From contig CAJINV010000002.1 in assembly GCA_905178155.1 (NCBI GenBank), positions 3,663,838 to 3,727,837 of the forward strand: DNA of 64,000 nt, in the 5' to 3' direction. Source of the DNA: Amoebophrya sp. A120. Lineage: Eukaryota > Protista > Dinoflagellata. A model generated the notes under the pieces. It was not told where the DNA came from. It did no database searches and saw only the letters and a program-made list of their open reading frames with translations. The first letter of the stretch is position 1, and every line of letters begins with the position of its first letter. Both the position numbers and the translations under genes were made by a program. Below are positions 60,912-64,000 of the stretch, piece after piece.

Positions 60912-63605
60912 TCACTTCAGCTTGTACACCGAGTTCCTCCACCCGCCGCCGCACTTCTTGCCGGTCGCGCAATATGGAGAAGAGAAAGGGTTGAATTTGT
61001 CATGCGGGATTGCACAAGACAGGGAGAATGGTGATGCTGGACTACACAATTGATAAAGGCTTGATTTACCTTTTATGACTCGTCTATTTCGCATACGTTC
61101 CTCAAGGGTGTCGAGCATGCCAAAATATTTCTGTCAATCCAGTCCAGGCATGACAAAGTTTTTGTTCACTTTCTCGCGATACGCGGTCATTGGGGTCCAT
61201 TTCGCAGGGCTTGCTGCAGTCACCATCGGGCTTCTTGCCGTACCGCTCGTGCTGCTTGCCGTTGCCGCAGAAGCACTGGTGCCCGTACTGGATGGCCATA
61301 AACTCCTTGTTGCGGCGACCGCACTTGCGCGCGCACTTCTTGACGGAGAACCGTCCGCGGATCCCCATCATGGCACGGGCCGGCTTGTCCTCGAAGCACC
61401 CGACCAGGTTGGTCTCTGGGGTCCCCCTGGCCTGCTCGTACTTGGCCTTGGCCTGCCGGATGGCCCAGTCGAACTGGCGCTGCTGGTATGCATTGCAAAT
61501 AATATGTCTGGGTATCTGGAGCGCTGGAGCTTCTCATGCTAAATCCGAATCATACAAAAAAATCTGCGTTGCATGGCTGCCAAAAGCTGTCCACTTTTGA
61601 CCAGAAGGGAGTTTCTCATGCAGGATTCTTAGCCATGATAGACCTCTCGCAGATTCTGTCATGCTAGGTCATGCATTTGACAAGTCTTGTGATCATCCAG
61701 GCCCAAACATATGTGCATTTGATAACTGGGCGCGGCACTTGTGGAACGCGCGGATGGCCTTGTGCCAGTTCTGCACCTTGGGGCGGAACCGAATATGGAG
61801 TTCTCAAACGTTTTATCCATTGCTAGCTGGGACAAAGTGTGATGCACAAATAGAAAAGCGAAATACACATTGCTCCGGCATTAAAAACTTGGAACGGACC
61901 AGCATCTCAATGCTGTTTTGGCGTTTCGGGAATACCTACCTTGTCAAGCGAAGTAATTTTTGGTCGCGTCGCCACCGATGGCAGTAATTATGCATCACAA
62001 ATCATGGAACAGCAGAAGAGTCGAACGTTTGAAAATAACATTCCCATACTGCCGGGACGTCTGGTGCAGCTTCCGGCGGAATTCCCCGAGTTTGCGGGCG
62101 TACACAAACACGCGCTTGAACCTGATTTTTTCGATTGAATTGTAAGTGGTTCCCGCATTTCGATTTAGGACCTGCGACGCCGGAAAAAGTAGTCAACAGA
62201 TCATCATTATAATCATCATCGTCTTGCTACTAAGGCGTAAACCTAAAAAGCCACACTTCATTCAAAGTGGATAACCTAAACCCTGATTGAAGCCTAAACT
62301 TAAACCGCACTTCATTAAAAGAACTCATGTTACATACCAGGGTGCCCTCCTGACCTCGGAGCGAAAGTGGTGTGCGGCTGCCCTGCGCGTGTTGACGAAC
62401 CACTGGCGGTCCGATTGCCACTGCTTCTTGGCGCCCTCGAAGTCGGTGCGGCACTTGGCCAGCTCCTTCTGCTTAAACCCGTATGCATTGCAAATATGGT
62501 TGGGCGGAGAAACTTGTGATGCTGGTGGAGAACGACGAGACGCCTGCATTGACTAGCAAGCATGGCAAGTTTTGGAGGAACTGCAATGTTGTCTATGTAT
62601 TTTGCATGATAAAGCGAACTTCGGCATGAAAGGAAAATGAAGCTTTGGCTTTCGGGTAACGCGCATGACAGACATGAGCATTCTGCCAGCCAAGCATGAC
62701 AAACCACCCATCTTTCCTGACCCAGACATATTTTCATTTGATAACCCGTTCAGCTCGGCGATCTTGGCCTTGTGGTTCTCCTCCAGAGCCGGTGGTGAAA
62801 GTGAAAACCACTACTTAGGTTTGTCGCCTCATCTACAAGCAAACAGCACATAAAGTGCTGAGGGATCATTGTTGTATGCTGTCAGGGAAGACAGCCTGTA
62901 TCAACGAGTCCTAAAAAAAAAGAAGGACGCCTCACCTTCAAGAATAACATGTCTACAAGAACATAGGCTCGCTGGAAATGGCGTCGTCAAAAACAAAATC
63001 AGCTTACACGATGCATAACAAGCCCATTTTGAAGCATACAGTAGATTTTTTTCACTTTCGTATTTTCATGGCGCTTTTCTTCGTTTCCTCGGCTTTCTTC
63101 TTCGCGGCCTCCGCTGCCTTGACGGCCTCTTCCGCCTTCTTGGCTTCCTCTTCCGCCTTCTTCTTCTTTTCCTTGTCCAAAGCGTCCTTGTCGGCGGCGT
63201 TTTTATTTATCAAATGCAAACATGTCTCGGTCTGGAAGGTTGCAAGGCCTGTCATGCAGGTTTTGCATAACGCGTGAGGTCTGTCATGCATGACCTAGCA
63301 TGACAGATTCTGTGCGCCCACTGTCATGCCTCGTCTGCATGAGAGCCTGCCACTCAGCTTTGTCAAAAGCCGACAGCTTTTGGTAATTATGCAACACAGA
63401 TTTAGATTTACGCATACGCACTATCCAGAATTAGCATGACAAGTTCCAGCGTTCCAGACCCAGAAATATTTGCAATGCATATTACTAGCTTCCGCCTGGT
63501 ACTTGGCCTGCACGGAGAGGGAGTCCTCATTTGCGGCTTCCGCGTTCGCCTCCTCGGTCTCCTGGGTCTCGGCGTTCTCCGGGTTCTCATCCGTCTTTTT
63601 GTTCA
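60912..63605 (-). CDS. WSC carbohydrate-binding domain protein with coiled-coil region (5' end likely beyond window)
   Basis: Spliced: LVGCFEDKPARAM..SVKKCARKC..FMAIQYGHQCFCGN..CSKPCEMDPNDRATGKKCGGGWRNSVY, a complete WSC cysteine pattern. Five introners plus GT-AG intron 62122-62337. Confidence 0.8.
60973..61181. mobile_element. Introner (D-like) splitting the WSC domain
   Basis: TAT...ATA ends, TTGTCATG motifs; removal completes the WSC cysteine pattern. Confidence 0.8.
61487..61724. mobile_element. Introner family A
   Basis: A TIRs; DR gctgg/actgg. Confidence 0.88.
61794..62048. mobile_element. Introner (aged)
   Basis: TATGG..TCAAACGTT / AACGTTTGA..CCATA; frame restored. Confidence 0.7.
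62122..62337 (-). other. Canonical GT-AG intron
   Basis: GTATGT...ATCAG; in-frame join. Confidence 0.7.
62482..62743. mobile_element. Introner family A
   Basis: A TIRs; DR acccg/acccg. Confidence 0.9.
63208..63481. mobile_element. Introner family A
   Basis: A TIRs; DR ttatt/ttact. Confidence 0.9.
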
Positions 63606-64000
63606 GATATGGAAGACGAAACACAAGAATTCTTTTACCTCTGGAGGAACGTAGGAAACGACAACTTTCTTTTAGGTATGTTAGGGTTTTGACAACAGCA
63701 GTTGCAGAAGACGCCAAAGCTTAAATGTGAAAATAAATGTTACAAAAAATTATGAACTGTGAATCAACCTATGCACACTGCTCAGACAAATCTACTTTCT
63801 TTTGGAAGTAACAATGTTGCATCACAGCGGTAAAATCCCGACTTTTTGCGATTTCGTACCGGATTTTCCGGATGCGGCCACCAGTCCTTGATATGGCGTT
63901 CTCAACTGTTTACACTCTCAACTGCTACACGCATTTGTAATGCAAGAATAGCAAAAGCCAAAGGGAGGAGGTTGCACCTCTAGCATTACAAATTCCGCAC

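Noticed and set aside
543-63654. Many short ORFs with LQICLGLE, PDPDIFA, CKYVWVWK or ANMSGSG peptides as a protein repeat family
   Set aside because: They are six-frame translations of family-A TIRs, not proteins.

Overview
Eukaryotic genomic DNA, most likely from a parasitic syndinian dinoflagellate (Amoebophrya-like); this assignment is inferred from intron architecture, not from a database match. The six-frame ORF track is largely misleading because the genes are split by about 71 MITE-like 'introner' elements. These are 135-380 bp long (two longer through nested inserts), have TAT...ATA ends, terminal inverted repeats (TIRs) and 5-nt flanking direct repeats (DRs), and fall into at least 8 TIR families that share an internal TTGT(C/G/A)ATG / CAT(G/C/T)ACAA motif. 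Removing element + 5 nt restores the reading frame at nearly every junction checked, with no GT-AG. Plus-strand genes: a ~20-kb gene with a K/A/T-rich N-terminus and three cold-shock/S1-like domains, a small hypothetical gene, a GT61-like glycosyltransferase and a second glycosyltransferase-like gene. After a convergent strand switch at 40.1-43.2 kb, minus-strand genes: a hypothetical gene, a ~1400-aa DDE/CxxH transposase-like gene that itself contains introners, another hypothetical gene and a WSC-domain gene. The window also holds retroposon-like fragments nested inside introners, two GC-rich islands, a 20-bp tandem array and an AT-rich island with repeated palindromes and a candidate structured RNA. 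All coordinates were read by hand.
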